Positions 12,638 through 26,654 of a stretch of DNA of 64,000 nt are shown piece by piece; position 1 is the first letter of the stretch, and each line of letters opens with the position of its first letter. The translations under genes were made by a program, and so were the position numbers. Source of the stretch: Azolla caroliniana (taxonomy: Eukaryota; Plantae; Polypodiophyta); the NCBI GenBank assembly GCA_043228905.1, contig JBHGNT010000001.1, positions 6,944,001 through 7,008,000 of the forward strand, written 5' to 3'. The notes below the pieces were generated by a model. The model was not told the DNA's origin, did no database searches, and saw nothing but the letters and a program-made list of their open reading frames with translations.

Positions 12638-15600
12638 GGGAAAGGGAGTGATGTGGCAGATTAGGGGAGGAAGGGTATGTATGGGAGAGGGATTAATTAG
12701 CAAAAGTGTGGCATGCTGAGTTTAACTAGTGGTTAGATATAGAGAGGCTGAGTGAGGTTTAGGGTTGTGGTGGCCATTGGCATTGGTTTTGGTTATGTGT
12801 GAGGCCACCATCGCTTGCTAAATCCACTTCATCTCCTTCCCTCACTCACACCATTTACTCTCTTCTTCTTCTTCTTCTTCTTCTTCTTTGGATCATCACC
12901 ATCAATGGTCAGATAAACTTGGAAGATTTTCTCTTCTCTCTCTCTCTCCCCCTCCCCCTTTTCTTTTATTTTCCTTTTATTGCTTATCCCCCTTTCCTCT
13001 GCTTTACATATTGAAGAACAACAACAAAATCACATCAATTGTGAATTGTGTGTGTGTGTGTGTGCCTTTTGCTTTAAAAGTTTTTTTTTTGGGGGGGGGG
13101 TTAAATAAAAGCTTGTTTTCTTATTTTTATTCTTCTGTTTTTTTTTCCTCTTGCCTCCTCCAATGGTTGACCTGGTATTTTGATTTTTGATCAAAAATTA
13201 AGAATAAAGAAAAGAAAGAAACTAATTTAGAAAATTAGCAAAAATTAGTAGCACTACAAAATTACCCCCTTTAAAAATAAATCCCCTTTCCCCATCTCCC
13301 CTAGAACTCTCTCAACTGCTCCAACCAACTGATCCCACTTGCCCACTGGATGATAGTCTCCAATATGTTCATACATGGGAAAACAAGATTGCACGAGAAT
13401 GAGCCTAACTCGTTTGGTTCGGTAACATCCGACAAGAAGGATTTGCACTTACCCCCCCCTCGACAATTTACCCTTCAAAACTTACCTTGCAGTTTAGCCG
13501 AATTACAAGAGTAGCGATCCCTTGTCTTTTTACAAAACCTTACAAAGTTGTGTTCATGGTGTTTAAGACACCCCCCCCTCCCCTCTCACCAAGACGAATA
13601 GCAGGTGGTGAAACATAAATGGGGCGTGGGTAAAAATTTCACAAAAGTGAGCCTCTACTTCACTTCAATAAGTGATATCACCCTATGCTTTTCCGGCAAA
13701 GAAAGATAAGGGCAACATAAATGTGGGGTGGTAAAAACGCAAAAACAAGCCTCTACTTCACCAAAATTAATAACACCATCCTACGCTTTTCCGACAAACC
13801 TCGAAAATCAGCCAATGTTCTGCTTAACTGGCTCACGCCAATAACGACTCGAGCATAATGGACCATCTACTGACTCTCTACTTCAATGGAGATGAAAGGC
13901 CCCCCAACTTTCAAGGAGCTACATATGGAGTTTGCAAAAGTGATCCTCAATATTGTGGTAGACAACTTTATAAAAGCTTGATATTAATAAATGATCCTTT
14001 ATTTCACTAGAATTTAATGGAAGAGCGTTTTACAAAGATGGCCCTCGGGTGGGTTTGCTACAACTACGAAAGCAACTCCTAACTTCATGAAAATTGCAAA
14101 TTTTCCAATGGCACTGAGATTGACAAAGGCTGGAACAGAATCATTGGGAAAGTTGCTTTGCAAATTTAACTTAATTTGAAATGGAAAATCAAACTCTCCT
14201 ATTCAATAAACTTCTAAAGTTGATGAGGTCAATGATGACAATAGTATTAGCACAAAGCTCTAGGAGAATCATTATGCTCCCAAACTATTCTCTCCACTAG
14301 GCTTATAAATTGCTTGACATTGATACTATCAACATTAAGCTCCAAGAGAATCATAAATCTAACTTTCATTGTTGCCGAGTACGATAAGTGGGAACCCAGT
14401 TATCCTATGACTTGGGACACACCTATAAGGACCAGTGCCATGTGGGAATATGTGGTGGTTTGGGTGCCTTAGGTGTTTGGGCTATTAAGTAGACTAGATA
14501 CCCCTTTCATTACGGTATCTTGAGATGGTGTTGAGACTCTATCGACGAGGTTAAGCTATCATCTTCACATTTGTTATTCAACAACCAAGGTAGAATATAA
14601 GGTAATGTTTGATGATATGGGACACTCATTGGTATTTTATATTTGTCTCATGTCTTTCATTTGGGGGTGTTAGGTGTCGTTAAGCACCTTTAATCCATTC
14701 TTTTCCATAATAACACCTAATTATATTGCTCATCATAATTTGATTCATAACACCTAGCCTTTCCAAGATCATGATCACATTGAGCTATGATGCATATCCC
14801 ATTCTCAACGGGAGGCGGAGTTATCCTCACTAATGGCACATAATTAGAATGTGGGAATGAGCACAATGTTGTCCGATAAATTATGGTTGTATGTGAGCAA
14901 TCTTTTGACCAATTTCACAAGTCATACATACATGGATTAGGAAATGAAATATGCACACATGGAACATGCATTCAAACATTTTCTTCTTGGACCAAGTATA
15001 ATATTTTGATTTTTGTCATCAAATTAGTCATCCAAAACACAACGCCTATAGATAGAGCGAAACTGACCCCATAGATTTCTCATTCAATTGTGCGGATTTG
15101 AATTTGATCTAAATTATCATTGTAGTTTTGGACTTTTCATATCCAAACTTAAATGAACCTAGAATTTGTGACCATGTTTGTTTTGTTTTAAAACTATTCA
15201 TGCATATTATATATCTTTCAAGTTGTGTTGCCCACTCATTATTGTTTTCTACCAACTTTTTCAACAAACAAAATAATATCGTAGTATGTATACACATCTA
15301 GAGAGAATTAGTGATGTATTCCACAGTGCATTATCATATGAGTATATAATATGCATAGCTATTGTGGACCTCTCTAAAATGGATGGATGGGTAATGATCG
15401 ATTAAACCCAAGCCTTTCCTTATCCACAATATGGTTTCGCAAATGCCCACAAATGGCTTCTACTTATATGTCTCTACTTTGACTAATTTGCATCTACGTA
15501 TATTTCTATATTGAAAAGATGGCAATCTTGTGTGTTTCAACTTTCACTTTGATGTGTTATAACCATATCACCCAAGCATTTCATGGTTTTTATTATTACA

Positions 15601-17779
15601 TAAAGCTTCATATTTATTACACCCTATAAATAATTGGGATTATTATGATTACATACATGAAGGGTCATAGTTATTACTATCAAACACATGTTGCTTTGTT
15701 TTCGAAACTATGAAAGTATGCTTGCTTATTTAGAAATTGAATTACATTCTAATGAATAATTACCCTCTCATTGCAAAGTATTCATGCACATTTCATTTAA
15801 CCAACTATACTATGACATGCCTTCACCACTGCATGCTAAAGTGATTGTAATTATTAGTCAAATTACACTAATTGATGATGCCTACACACAATTATTAGGC
15901 TAACTTCAATAATGCATGTTATAAATATATAATGTGCATATTCCTGATTTTTAAGTGAACCACGTGTGTAGGTAATTTTGCCAATAATCAAGCATACTCT
16001 TGGCCTTCAGATTTGATATGCCTATTTAGGTCATTTTTCCGTAATTTTGTTAGAATAGGCATTCCAGCTCAACACATGTGGTAAATAAAGCAAATCTAAA
16101 CTTTAACACTGAACATATATTACAATACTTGCAACAGCTTCAATAAAATGGAAAACAACAATAAATGGATAAATCACATACCGTCGACATGTATTACCAA
16201 CTAAAAGTAGAAAAACATCATGTAAACGTCATTTATCTAACTCGTTACATTTATCAAGGACAAATTTATGTCAATTTCTTGTTCAAATGAGGTAGTTTCG
16301 TGATTAAATAAGTCCTTCATTATTTCAAAATCAATTTTCTAAGGTTAGGTAGCTTTGTCTATACATACATATGTTAATTGTTCTATCTTCTCTCATCTAT
16401 AGATCACTTTATACAACATACTGACATCGACGTTCATTGATTGCTTGCTTATCATTATATGACTATGTATTTTGAAGCCCTCTAGACTACTTTGTTGTTC
16501 ACTTGGGACAAGCTTTTAGATCACTTGAACCACAAAATCAAGGATACTTTAAACTATTTTGCTTTCGTGCCAACATAGAAGTTTAGGAAAACTAGAATGA
16601 TTAAGGTTGTGTGGATAAATTTAGCATAATTGTGAGCAACATGTTTAGAAAAATATTTTATCACCTTACAATATAAGACAAATTAAACTTTTATACATTT
16701 TCATCACATGCCACTGTAGTAAACATCAAGTTTTGTTATAGTTTAGAGGAAATAATAGAAGATGCATCTCATATGTTTACAATAACATCAACAATGCTCC
16801 TCACAATAGTTTAGTCAACACCTAGAATCTACCAACTAATAAGGTTTTTGTATACAACATGATTGCCCTCATATATTCCCAATAATATCATTGAGAGCCC
16901 TTGTGGTATTTTTCATTGAAATCTTGAATATGGATGCCAACAATACAATCAACTTTGTTTTATGTGCAAAAAGATACCCCTCATATGTTTGGGGTAATAT
17001 TGACAATACCCTTCTTTGTAATTACTTCCAATGACGTCCAAATATACCCTATAAAATTGAGTTTCAGCTTAAAACTGCAAAGTGCCTAATGAAAAAAAAT
17101 TCACCATTTTATTTTAGTTAAGATGTTTAATTGTCTAATAAATTGGCATATTTATCCAGCTCAATTGAATACCTTCTTAATATTATTGTCAAAACCATGC
17201 TTACATACTTGCATTCATAATTATTGTTCTTATTAGTAATGATATATTAAACAAAAAGATTGTTATCTAATTCTTATGGATTGTTTAGCATAGCAATTAT
17301 TACAATTTGAATAATTGATTATTAGAGAAACTAACTAGAGGCTCATTAATTCCTAACTAGCCATTAAGACATGATTAGAAACTCAACAATAATCATGAGT
17401 AATAAAAACAACATCCAAGAGATATCAATCGGGTGAGAAAATTTGCATATCTAAGGAGTTTGCATCTTCTAACAAGTTGGGTTCTCTACTTTGAGAGCAA
17501 CGGACATGTGTTGAAGTCACACACTAGAATGTAGTATGACCTTATGTAATGCGGTGAAGTGCAAGAGGTGTTAAGGGCATAATCCTTGGGTAATGGCGTG
17601 ATCTATATTTGAATGTCGGTAGCCCTAAACATAATAAAACATGTCATTGTGGGACTATACTTTGTTTAGTCATCTAGAGAGAGTGTGTGAACATAAGAGA
17701 TGTGACACATCCTATATGGGAGCTCTCTACTCAAGTGTGTGAGAGAGAGAGACAGAGACAGAGAGTCACATTGGAAACT

Positions 17780-18640
17780 GATGGCCTTTCGGACAATCAT
17801 AAATAAGTTTCATATACCACATGGATAAGGGTATATTTGGCAATCAATATTGGCATTGCCTATATTAGTTTTCCCAATTCCAGAGTTGGTGGTCGAGGAG
17901 ACATGGAAAGATTGGTCATTTGATATTGGGAAATCGATTTTTGTGGTGCACACTAATCATGTGTACCATAAGTTGGTTGAAGATAGAGCTTGGTTAACAA
18001 ATAAGGTTTTGGAGATGGTACATTACTCGACATGTAAAGTGGTGGCATAGAGTTTTAAATGTAGGATGGTTGTCTCATCTTCCATTTCATGCAAAGGTGT
18101 TTCTTTGGCATGTCATAGTTGGTGGGTTGTCTTTGGCGATGGCCTTAAAACAAAGACATATTTCGAATGGGACATGTTTTTCCTATACGGTGGTTAAAGA
18201 ATATGCCATACATAGGTTCATTAAATGTTTGGTTGCTAAAGCCATTTGGGTGATTATATCACAAATTTGGGCATGGTTAACAGAAAATATTTTGTTACCT
18301 TATAAGTGGGTTTTTATTGATGAGGATAAAGTTATGCCCGCACCATCATATAAGGTTGTGTTTGACTACCTTAGATATTGGGGGACATGGTTTAATTGGA
18401 CAATGAGAATTGGGCCCTTGTTTGATGGACTTCATGGGGTAACACAACAACTTTGTAGGATGAAAGGGAAGTTGGTTTGGCAATTTCCACAACTATGTTG
18501 TATGGGAACATTGTCCCAAGAGGAGATAGACCAGTTTTACAACACTTGAGAGGGTTTCCCTTACACTATCACTATTTATGAAGTAGTGAAGATAGCAAGG
18601 GTTGTATTATCATCTTGTTTTAACAAACATTGATCTCTGA
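17780..18640 (+). mobile_element. 5'-truncated LINE 3' fragment (zf-RVT)
   Basis: KVFLWHVIVGGL...C..Y...EYAIHRFIKC...AIW zinc-finger-RVT-like ORF at 18070-18549. Confidence 0.8.
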
Positions 18641-18892
18641 AAGGCAGGAAAGAGATAGAGCCTATATGGATGTAGCTTAGATGGTAAGGTTGTCTAATAG
18701 AGACCAGGAAGTCATGGGTTCAACCCCTACATTCTACATTGGCATCTAGTGAAATAACAAGTGAAAAAGGCAGGAAAGAGATAGAGCCTATATGGATGTA
18801 GCTTAGATGGTAAGGTTGCCTAATAGAGACCAGGAGGTCATGGGTTCAACCCCTACATTCTACATTGGCATCTAGTGAAATAACAAGTGAAA
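18641..18892 (+). repeat. Tandem 126-bp duplication, each unit with a tRNA-like (SINE-head-like) module
   Basis: AAGGCAGG starts at 18641 and 18767. Each unit has A-box-like GTAGCTTAGATGGTAA and B-box-like GGGTTCAACCCC about 30 nt apart. Confidence 0.8.
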
Positions 18893-18915
18893 TAACAGAT
18901 ATCTATGGAGAAATT

Positions 18916-18997
18916 GAGAGGTGAGGAAAAAAATGGCTTTTGAACCCACGATATAGTGCTCATTGTGTAAACGACTTACCACTAAGGTAAGCTAATT
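18916..18997 (-). repeat. tRNA-derived module, same family as 44630-44866
   Basis: Reverse complement AATTAGCTTACCTTAGTGGTAAGTCG...CTATATCGTGGGTTCAAAAGCCATTTTT...CTCACCTCTC is colinear with 44630-44710. Confidence 0.7.
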
Positions 18998-20098
18998 ATA
19001 ATAAAAGAGGAGTATTGTGGAGCAAAAGGATTTGCATTCCATTTTAGCACCTCAACATTAAACTTATCTTTGCATCTAATGGCTCACATATTTTTGTTAT
19101 TGCAAGTCATGTGTTGACGCTCACGATTGTGAATATCCATTGTCCAGCATTTCAAAGGGTGCAACATATCAGGGGACCACAATTAAGGCATTGTGGTGGC
19201 AATTACGCAATAGACATATTCCACTTAAAATTCCATGATCTTCATGTGTTGAACACTTGGTTGTCTCGTGGCATGAAGTGTTCTCCTTATTTTTATGGGC
19301 ACCATCATCTAGTAGAGAGCATTGTAATTCCGTTTGAACGGAGTTACACAATGGAAATGAGAAATTGCACTTTCAATTTAATCACGTGTACTATTTGGGG
19401 ATCAAAGAGTTGGGAGATGCAATTGAAGCGCACTATGTCAAATATTTTTGGACTTTGTTATGGCACACGGATTATGACGCATCTCGTCCAATTCTGAGTT
19501 TGTTTGACAGGAATTACAAGGTATAACATTGATGGTGTGTGTTACCGATACCAACCAAAGAGTAACCACAAGTTGAGAGCAATTGGGGTTTATGTGGTAA
19601 GACTAAGTTTCTACAAGTGACGACAATTCCCCATCGAGTTGGGTTGTGTTGGGTTCTCTCGATGGTGATTATCTAGGGATGAGCAAGAATGGAAGGTATG
19701 AAACTCAGGCTATGGATGGTGACAGATCTGCATTGCCACTTCCAGAAAGAAAGAGAAGGTCTTGATCTGGAGAGTATTGATCAGCGGGTTTACATTTGGG
19801 ATGAATTGTATGTAGCTCTAAAGAGACGCGGACTACTACTATTACTAGCCGGAATCAAGCAAAAGCACAACAAAGCATTTTGGCTACTTTTTTGCTATGT
19901 CCAAAGGCCAATGGAGATAGTATTGTCTCATTCCATTCCAACAGCCCATGCACACAAAAAAAGCTCCTGTATTTGGAAGAACAGAGAGGAAAAGGGTATT
20001 TTGGGGAATTTCCTGATCCCTGGCATATTCAGAGACAGTGGAAAGGGGCACTTCTGCAAATAAGGAAAACGCTCAGGCACTGCTTCTGAGGATTGCTC

Positions 20099-21845
20099 AT
20101 GGCAGATGATGAGGAAGCAGAGCTCCAAGGAGTCGCCATGGCCATGGCATCTGGGATGAGGATGTCGGAAGAGCAGAGAAACCCTCCCCCATCTAAGCCT
20201 CTCTGGAAGAAATGCCATCAGATCCTGAACCGGAAGATGAGGATCGGAGTCTCTGATGGGCGATTCTTCTTGGGGAAATTCCATTGCCTCGATAAGCAAG
20301 GGAATATCATCCTTCAAGATACTGTTGAATGGAGAGAAAAAAATGGTCCCCGGTTAGTCGTGTTCTCTCTTTCTCTCTATCTCCGGGTTTTCTTCTGTTC
20401 TTTTCTTCCTGTTTGATGGAATTGTGTATCGTTCTGCTCTTCTTTTTAGGTCTTTCCTTTTCTTATGTTCAATTTTGGTCTTATCTCCATAGTTTTCCTT
20501 TCTTTTGTTTAGTTTGCTCGTTTTTTCGGCTTTCGTTTACTTGTTTTCTTGCTTTTTTTAGGGTTTCTATTGTGTAGTTTACTTGGTGGAAATGTGTTTC
20601 GTTTTACTCCTTTCTTTGCCTGTTACGTCTTTGTTCAATGAAAGCGTCTCTCCTGCTGGTGCTCTTTTCAGGGTTTCATTTTTTTGTTCAGTAAAAATGG
20701 GTTTTCTTTTGCGTTCCTCTTAGTGTTTCTTTTCATGTTAAGTGAAATTGTGATCCGTTTAAGGTTTAGTATGGCAGGTCAAAGAGGGTTTGTTGTCCAA
20801 TATCAGAGTCCTTTTTTTGTAAAGTAAAAAAAGGATTTTGTTTTGAAGGTTTTCTGCACTCAAAAAGAAGTTCATTCATTTGCTTAGTATTAGACTTTCA
20901 TATATGCAGAAAAGGATTTCAGCAACAAAACAGTTTTTCTTGTTTATACAGTATTAGGATTGTCTATGGACAGAAAGACTTTAATTTAATAAGGTTTTTT
21001 ATGGACAGAAAAGGGTTTGGTTTTTAATCAGTTAAACAGTGCTTCTTTTAAGGGGGGATTTTCCCATTGGCAGAAATGTTTTCTTCTGTTAAGTATCAGG
21101 GTTTCTTTGTCTTCAGTATTAGGGTTATCTTTCTGTGTGGTGTTCTTATGGACGGAAGAGGTTTATTTTTGTTCTGAGAAAAAGGTTTCCTCCAATTTCT
21201 CATGGACAGAAAGGGTTTTTTCCCAGTAAAGATGATCTTTTTAGGTGTTTCCATGATTCCGAGCATGGATCAACAGGAAAAGGTTTCCTTTTGGTCTGTG
21301 AAACATAATGATTTCAAAGAAGGAAAGGGTGCAAAAGAGGTATTAGAGAAGGTAACTGAGAGGATGCCATTTAATGGCAACCTTATAATGTGGCATGCTT
21401 TGTTAAGTGCTTGTAGAACATGGGAAAATGTGACAGTTGCAAGATTAGCTTTCAGACATGCAACCCTACTCGATGAAACAGATGTTGCAACTTATATTTC
21501 CATGAGTAATAGAGGTTTGCCAGCCTCCGGAACAAAATGCATAGAAATGATTGGCAGAATTCATGCATGATGAAGAGAATGAGTAGAAATAATGGGCTGA
21601 ATCAAAAGAATGTTGGATAGGGAATTGAGGGATTTATGTCATAAGAATGAAGAGTATGATGGCTATGTTTTGAACGCAACTGATCCTTCATTTGCAGGGA
21701 TAGTGCCGATGCTTCATCGCCACCATCGATATTAGAGCAACGTAACCTTGGCCTGGTTCTCATCCCCGCCCGACACCGTATCTCATGCCTCATAGAAGGA
21801 TCCCTAGATGAGCAATTCTCATTATTCTCACTACAAGAAAGGTGA
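20099..21845 (+). CDS. NAA38: Sm/LSm-fold NatC auxiliary subunit (NAA38/MAK31/LSMD1-like), 133 aa
   Basis: Exon 1 20099-20352 (MRIGVSDGRFFLGKFHCLDKQGNIILQDTVE; CG|GTTAGT). Exon 2 21698-21845 (TGCAG|, EQRNLGLVLIPARHRISC...EQFSLFSLQER*). Phases join in frame. The Sm1/Sm2 motifs match the plant NAA38 pattern. Confidence 0.88.
21325..21570 (+). pseudogene. PLS-class PPR protein S2/E-domain fragment inside the NAA38 intron
   Basis: AKEVLEKVTERMPFNGNLIMWHALLSACRTWENVTVARLAFRHATLLDETDVATYISMSN follows the PPR E-motif pattern (MP..P...W..LL.ACR..GN.......YV.LSN). No upstream PPR tract is seen. Confidence 0.8.
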
Positions 21846-22554
21846 AGTCATGGTTTTATATTATTGTATGATGTGCAACGTCATTGGCTCGGCTTCATTC
21901 CTTCACAATACAAATTTTCCGGTTTTGCCTCTATCGTTGTCAAAATGTTTAAACTATTTTACGGGATGTTGATGAGGATTGGAATTACTGGAGACAACCA
22001 TGCAATGCTTGTGGAGGTACAAGGGTGAAGTTCATTGTTCAGATTTTTTTCAAGAGTTACTCTGATTTCAATAGACATAGCCTTCACTTCATAAATGTAT
22101 GCAATGTATTTGTGATTGTATTGCTATAACCCTAAAGAACTTTATATAACTGATGCATTTGGAAATGAAATAAGCTAGTGACAATGTTGGTCTGAATTAG
22201 TGTTGGTATATTACAAGTTATTTTGCTTGGATTCCTCACCACACTAGGGGTTCAGAATTCAAGATTCAAGATTTCTTTGAAGCTTATATGGGGTAAAATT
22301 CAAGTGAATGCAAGAAGTCCTTTTATTTATAACTAGTAAACATATTGAATTATTTAGTTTTTAAATTTTAACTAATAATGTATCATTTATCTTATGATGC
22401 ATGTGTTGCAAGTATCATTATTCACTCTACACTCCAGTTCTAGACTAAAAACAATGCAAGTCAAATTTCAATTGTAAGGTTGCCGAGACATTGTGTTCAT
22501 TCTTCCTGCAATAAGGCCACATGTTCCTTGACTTTGGATATGCTGTACGTTTTG

Positions 22555-22810
22555 CTTGGGCAAGTGGACCTCGTTTAGGTCAAGTTTGGACATCCTCTTC
22601 CTCTTGATCCTTGGGTATTACAACAGTTATGGGAATGGATTTGGTCGAGGTTAGACTAGGATGAGGCTAGCATACTGAGCCTCAAGATGTGGATATGTTG
22701 TAAGCTGCTTGAGCAATTGGACATCTTTAGGTCAAGTTGGGATATCCTCTTCCTGTTGCTTCTTGGGTATGGAATCAATTATGGGAGTTAATTTGGCGGA
22801 GGTTAGGCAG
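22555..22810. repeat. Diverged direct duplication (~100 bp, period ~153)
   Basis: TTTAGGTCAAGTT.GGA.ATCCTCTTCCT...TTGGGTAT...TTATGGGA...GAGGTTAG occurs twice. Confidence 0.7.
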
Positions 22811-23394
22811 TGAGACTTTCTTTGTTTTTGCTTTTGCTTAGCAAAGGTGAATCCTTGTTTCCTATGTTGCAATTTTTGTGCTAGTCATTGGGTTCGAGTG
22901 AACACATGAAGACCAACTTTGAAAGGGACAGTGGATAAACAAGTTTATCCTTGCTTTCTTGTATTTCAGCACTTTGAGATTGCATAGTCTTGGCCACAAC
23001 GATGGCACATTGCCGCTTTATGGAACCACATTATCTTCCAAGGTGGTCTTCTTGGACCATAGTAAGTATCATGTCAATCCTCCTTTTTCTTTGTTCATAT
23101 AGTTTGTGTTTCTTATGGAGGGTAAAATGTCTCATTCTGCCTCATGGAGTTTCTATCCTATATTGAAGTTCAAGCAATCTTGCTTCAATCATAGGTGAGG
23201 GGTGTTGTCTTGGTAGGATAGCAAGTTGTGGCAGTTCGGGAGCATGTGGGGTGACTCAAGACGCTCTATTAATTGGGGTTTGTGTTGATTTAATGAAGTG
23301 TTTTCATGCATATTGTAACATATTGGTCATTCTATTTTCTTAGGTTGGGTTACTTGTGTGTACGGGATACAATTCCTCTTGGTTTGGTAGCTAT

Positions 23395-23585
23395 CATAGT
23401 CGACATTTGGATGCTTACCATAGAATCCTCCTTTACCGTCAATATAGATCGAGTATCCAAGAAAGAACAACATTGTTGCACAATTAATGACATAGTCAAC
23501 ATTTGGAGGCCTACCATAGAATCCTCCATTACCATCACAATTGAACAAGTATCAGAGCAAGCACAACATTGTTGCACAACTAAGA
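23395..23585. repeat. 96-bp tandem duplication
   Basis: CATAGTCRACATTTGGA...CCATAGAATCCTCC...CAACATTGTTGCACAA occurs twice. Confidence 0.8.
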
Positions 23586-23692
23586 AGTTATGTAAGGTTG
23601 GATAAAAAAGATCCATGATGAACCAAGTTATAAGTTTGTCATAGACAACTTACCATTTGTTCATATAAATTATGTAAATTCTTAATGCACAG

Positions 23693-23915
23693 CATGGTAT
23701 GAACCATACGTACAATCGCATTTGCGAATGATTCAATCATTCAAGTATGGTAAACACCCTAGAAGAATGGTAAATACCATACTTTTGGATTAACTATTTA
23801 TTATGAGGTAAATAAACAAAAAAAAACATAAGAATGTTTGAATAACATTCGCATTCGTTTTCCAACATTGGAAAACGAATGTTGCGCTAGATGAACACGA
23901 ATTTTACGTACTATG
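23693..23915 (+). mobile_element. hAT-type MITE, CATAG...CTATG family copy 1
   Basis: Ends CATGGTATG / TACGTACTATG. 8-bp TSD ATGCACAG/GTGCACAG (7/8). Homologous to the copies at 39041, 44513 and 51645. Confidence 0.85.
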
Positions 23916-26080
23916 GTGCACAGTATAGTCACACAATCTCTATTGCTTCCTATTTTAAGGAGAACAATTGGTCTATGGGGTTCCATTTTGTAGCTTGTTA
24001 TGAAAAAATTAGTGGTGAATATCTTCGATAAGTTTTAGTCATGTAATGAGTCCTCTAAAATGGTCCTAACCAAAGTAGTTTTGATGTGTTCCTTATGGGA
24101 CCAAGAAAAATTTCCTCACCAACTATTGTTTCCGCTAGGTTACACACTTGAAGACCTATACAAAAAGTCAAAGAGGTTTCTAATGGTTACCAAGATTATT
24201 GTTGCTTGTAGCTTCTCAAAAGGACAATACATTGCCATCAATGTTGATTACATCTATGATAGTATTATTCCCATTTTTTAAGAGAACATATGCATTATAG
24301 TGCTATAATTTGGTTAACAACCTAGAAAAATGTGCACTATTGTAAACTTTCAAGTTTTATCGGTTCCCAAGATTGCCACTTAGCCTTCCCACTCAATATG
24401 TTCAATTTCTCTTTTTAGAAGTAACCAAATGAGTATTAAAAGCACACTTTAGCATTTTGCTTTCTTTAGGCTGACTAGGGATAACATCCCTAAATGAGAT
24501 TGTCTATTAGAAATTATCAATCATAAGGTCACCATACAATGTTGCAAGCAAACCATTTGCATTCATGGTTGCTTTTATGCCATTGAAATTACAACACAAG
24601 TGCATGCTTAAGAATTACATTTGCTGAAGCCTGACACCATGTAAACATGAATATCTAAGGAATACAAGCTTTTTTATTATATTTACAAATGAGCTCCCCC
24701 ACATGTGATAATGGCTCAATTATATAGGACACAAACGTGAGGTTAAAACATCAACAAACGCACACATGCCTATGCTTATGAAATTAAAAATGCCTTTTTA
24801 TTCAAGTATTTTATGATGTTTAAAAAAGAAGTCCCTCCGAATTTGATAAAGGCTCGAGAACAAAGAAAGTAGACAACATGTGAGCTTGAAAGAAAGGCAT
24901 GTCTTCTTAGGTAAATAGGCAAATTTAAATATAAAATTTTAGCATAGGAAAATGTTGTTCATAAACAAGATTTGAGACGTTTTCCCCTAGATACATGCCA
25001 ATGAAGCATTGCTTATCAATTCACAAATTGCTTTGCAACAACTCTTAAAATTAAATATATAAGTAAGGCGATGTTGTGCAAAAGTTTCTTATTTGCAAAC
25101 ATAAAAATGTTGTGGGTGCAAGTCTCAAGAAATAAGTGTTCATTATAAGAATGTTTCATGTTTAGAGTTTCAAATCATGCACTATCATAGCGGATTTACA
25201 ATTTCAAATTTTGAAAATCATAGAATTGGCTTGTACAAGGTAGTGCAAAAGAATATTATTGCATTACTGTATTAAGTGAAATATGAGAACTTAACAAAAG
25301 AGAGTAAGATGGACACATGCAAAGCTATGTACAAAGGGGAGAATGGAATTGTTCAACTGATCATTGACAACAGGTTACCCACAGTTATTGCGCAGAAGCA
25401 AAAACTTGGAGATCTATGGACGCTGCTTGCACCCATTACCATATGTTGCATATGGACAACAAGGTGTACTAGGGCATTTTAGCAAACAAACGCCCTCCAG
25501 CTGAACCGATTAAGCTAATATGGCACACACTCACTCAGAGCTCAAGATGAGCGGATTGATGGTACTGATGATGCTTCGAAATTAATGAGGCTGAATTTCA
25601 AGAAACGGTGGTGTACTACACCGATGGCCACAACAAATGGAATGTATATACGATGGCAGTATGTAGTACCCAGATGGTTGTTCCCCCCTCCCATTAGTTG
25701 AAAGAGGGGCGTGAACGAGATGTCATGTGGGATATTGAAAGCAGATTATGTGTAGGAAAGGATGGCTAGAGACACATGTGAAAGTGTAAGGTAAATAAGT
25801 GAGTTCACTTATGAAGGATTAGATAGTCTAGGTAAGGCCTACCCGAGAAAGGGATCGAAGTTGTGTATATTTTAACTAATCGAGTATATTCTTTTTTGGA
25901 AAAAAAAATGGACACATGCAACATTACTAAATACTAAATATTGAAAGACCTATGGATAGTAGTTCAAGAAGTACATGACTCTATGATTATGGAATAGAGA
26001 AATAAATTGCAATCACATGCTTTCTAGAATGTGATACACTATGACTTCGACAAATTGAGGATGAACTCATAATTCCTAAC

Positions 26081-26222
26081 AAATGGAACCAATGCACAAT
26101 GAATGCAATGACCAATGTTGCACCATCATTGCAAAGATATTTAATCGAATTGGAACCAATACACGACAAATGCAACAACTAATGTTGCATCTCCATTGCA
26201 AAGATATATAATCGAATTGGAC
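26081..26222. repeat. ~69-bp tandem duplication
   Basis: TGGAACCAAT...AATGTTGCA...CATTGCAAAGATAT.TAATCGAATTGGA occurs twice. Confidence 0.75.
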
Positions 26223-26654
26223 AAGTACTTCGTGTTTTAGTACCATTCATAATCAAAAGTCGATCATTTGCCATCAACCCTAAACCCTCTTCTAATATAA
26301 TTTCACAACCCAATAGAAAACTCATAGTATCTAGTAAACAAAGTCGAACGTTTCCTCTTATCAATCATTTTCATCGAGAAGAGTCTCTTAGAAAGTACCA
26401 TTTCTACTTTTAGTGTGGTAATAATATGATTCAACTTTGCAACTGCATATGATTATGTATCCTGATGAAACTAACATCCTCAATTGTTCCAACTTACAAT
26501 GGTATTGTTTCTTCATTAGAGGTGGAAAATATATGTAACACAAGTATTAAGGCTGTAAAATCCAGAATAATTCCACTTATTACTAGTGAGCATTACAATT
26601 AGCTGAGTGCTAGTGTGTTAAATGAATGGATTAATACTCCAATTTTGATACGAT

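Noticed and set aside
13252-13262. CACTACAAAA as a CACTA terminus (also CACTACAAGAA near 34373)
   Set aside because: No matching inverted terminus with a 3-bp TSD was found.
18667-18864. Functional tRNA genes
   Set aside because: A/B boxes are present, but no convincing acceptor and anticodon stems could be folded by eye. Treated as tRNA-derived repeats.
25430-25740. Higher-complexity island between NAA38 and SPL as an exon or snoRNA
   Set aside because: No recognisable peptide in the frames read and no convincing C/D or H/ACA layout.
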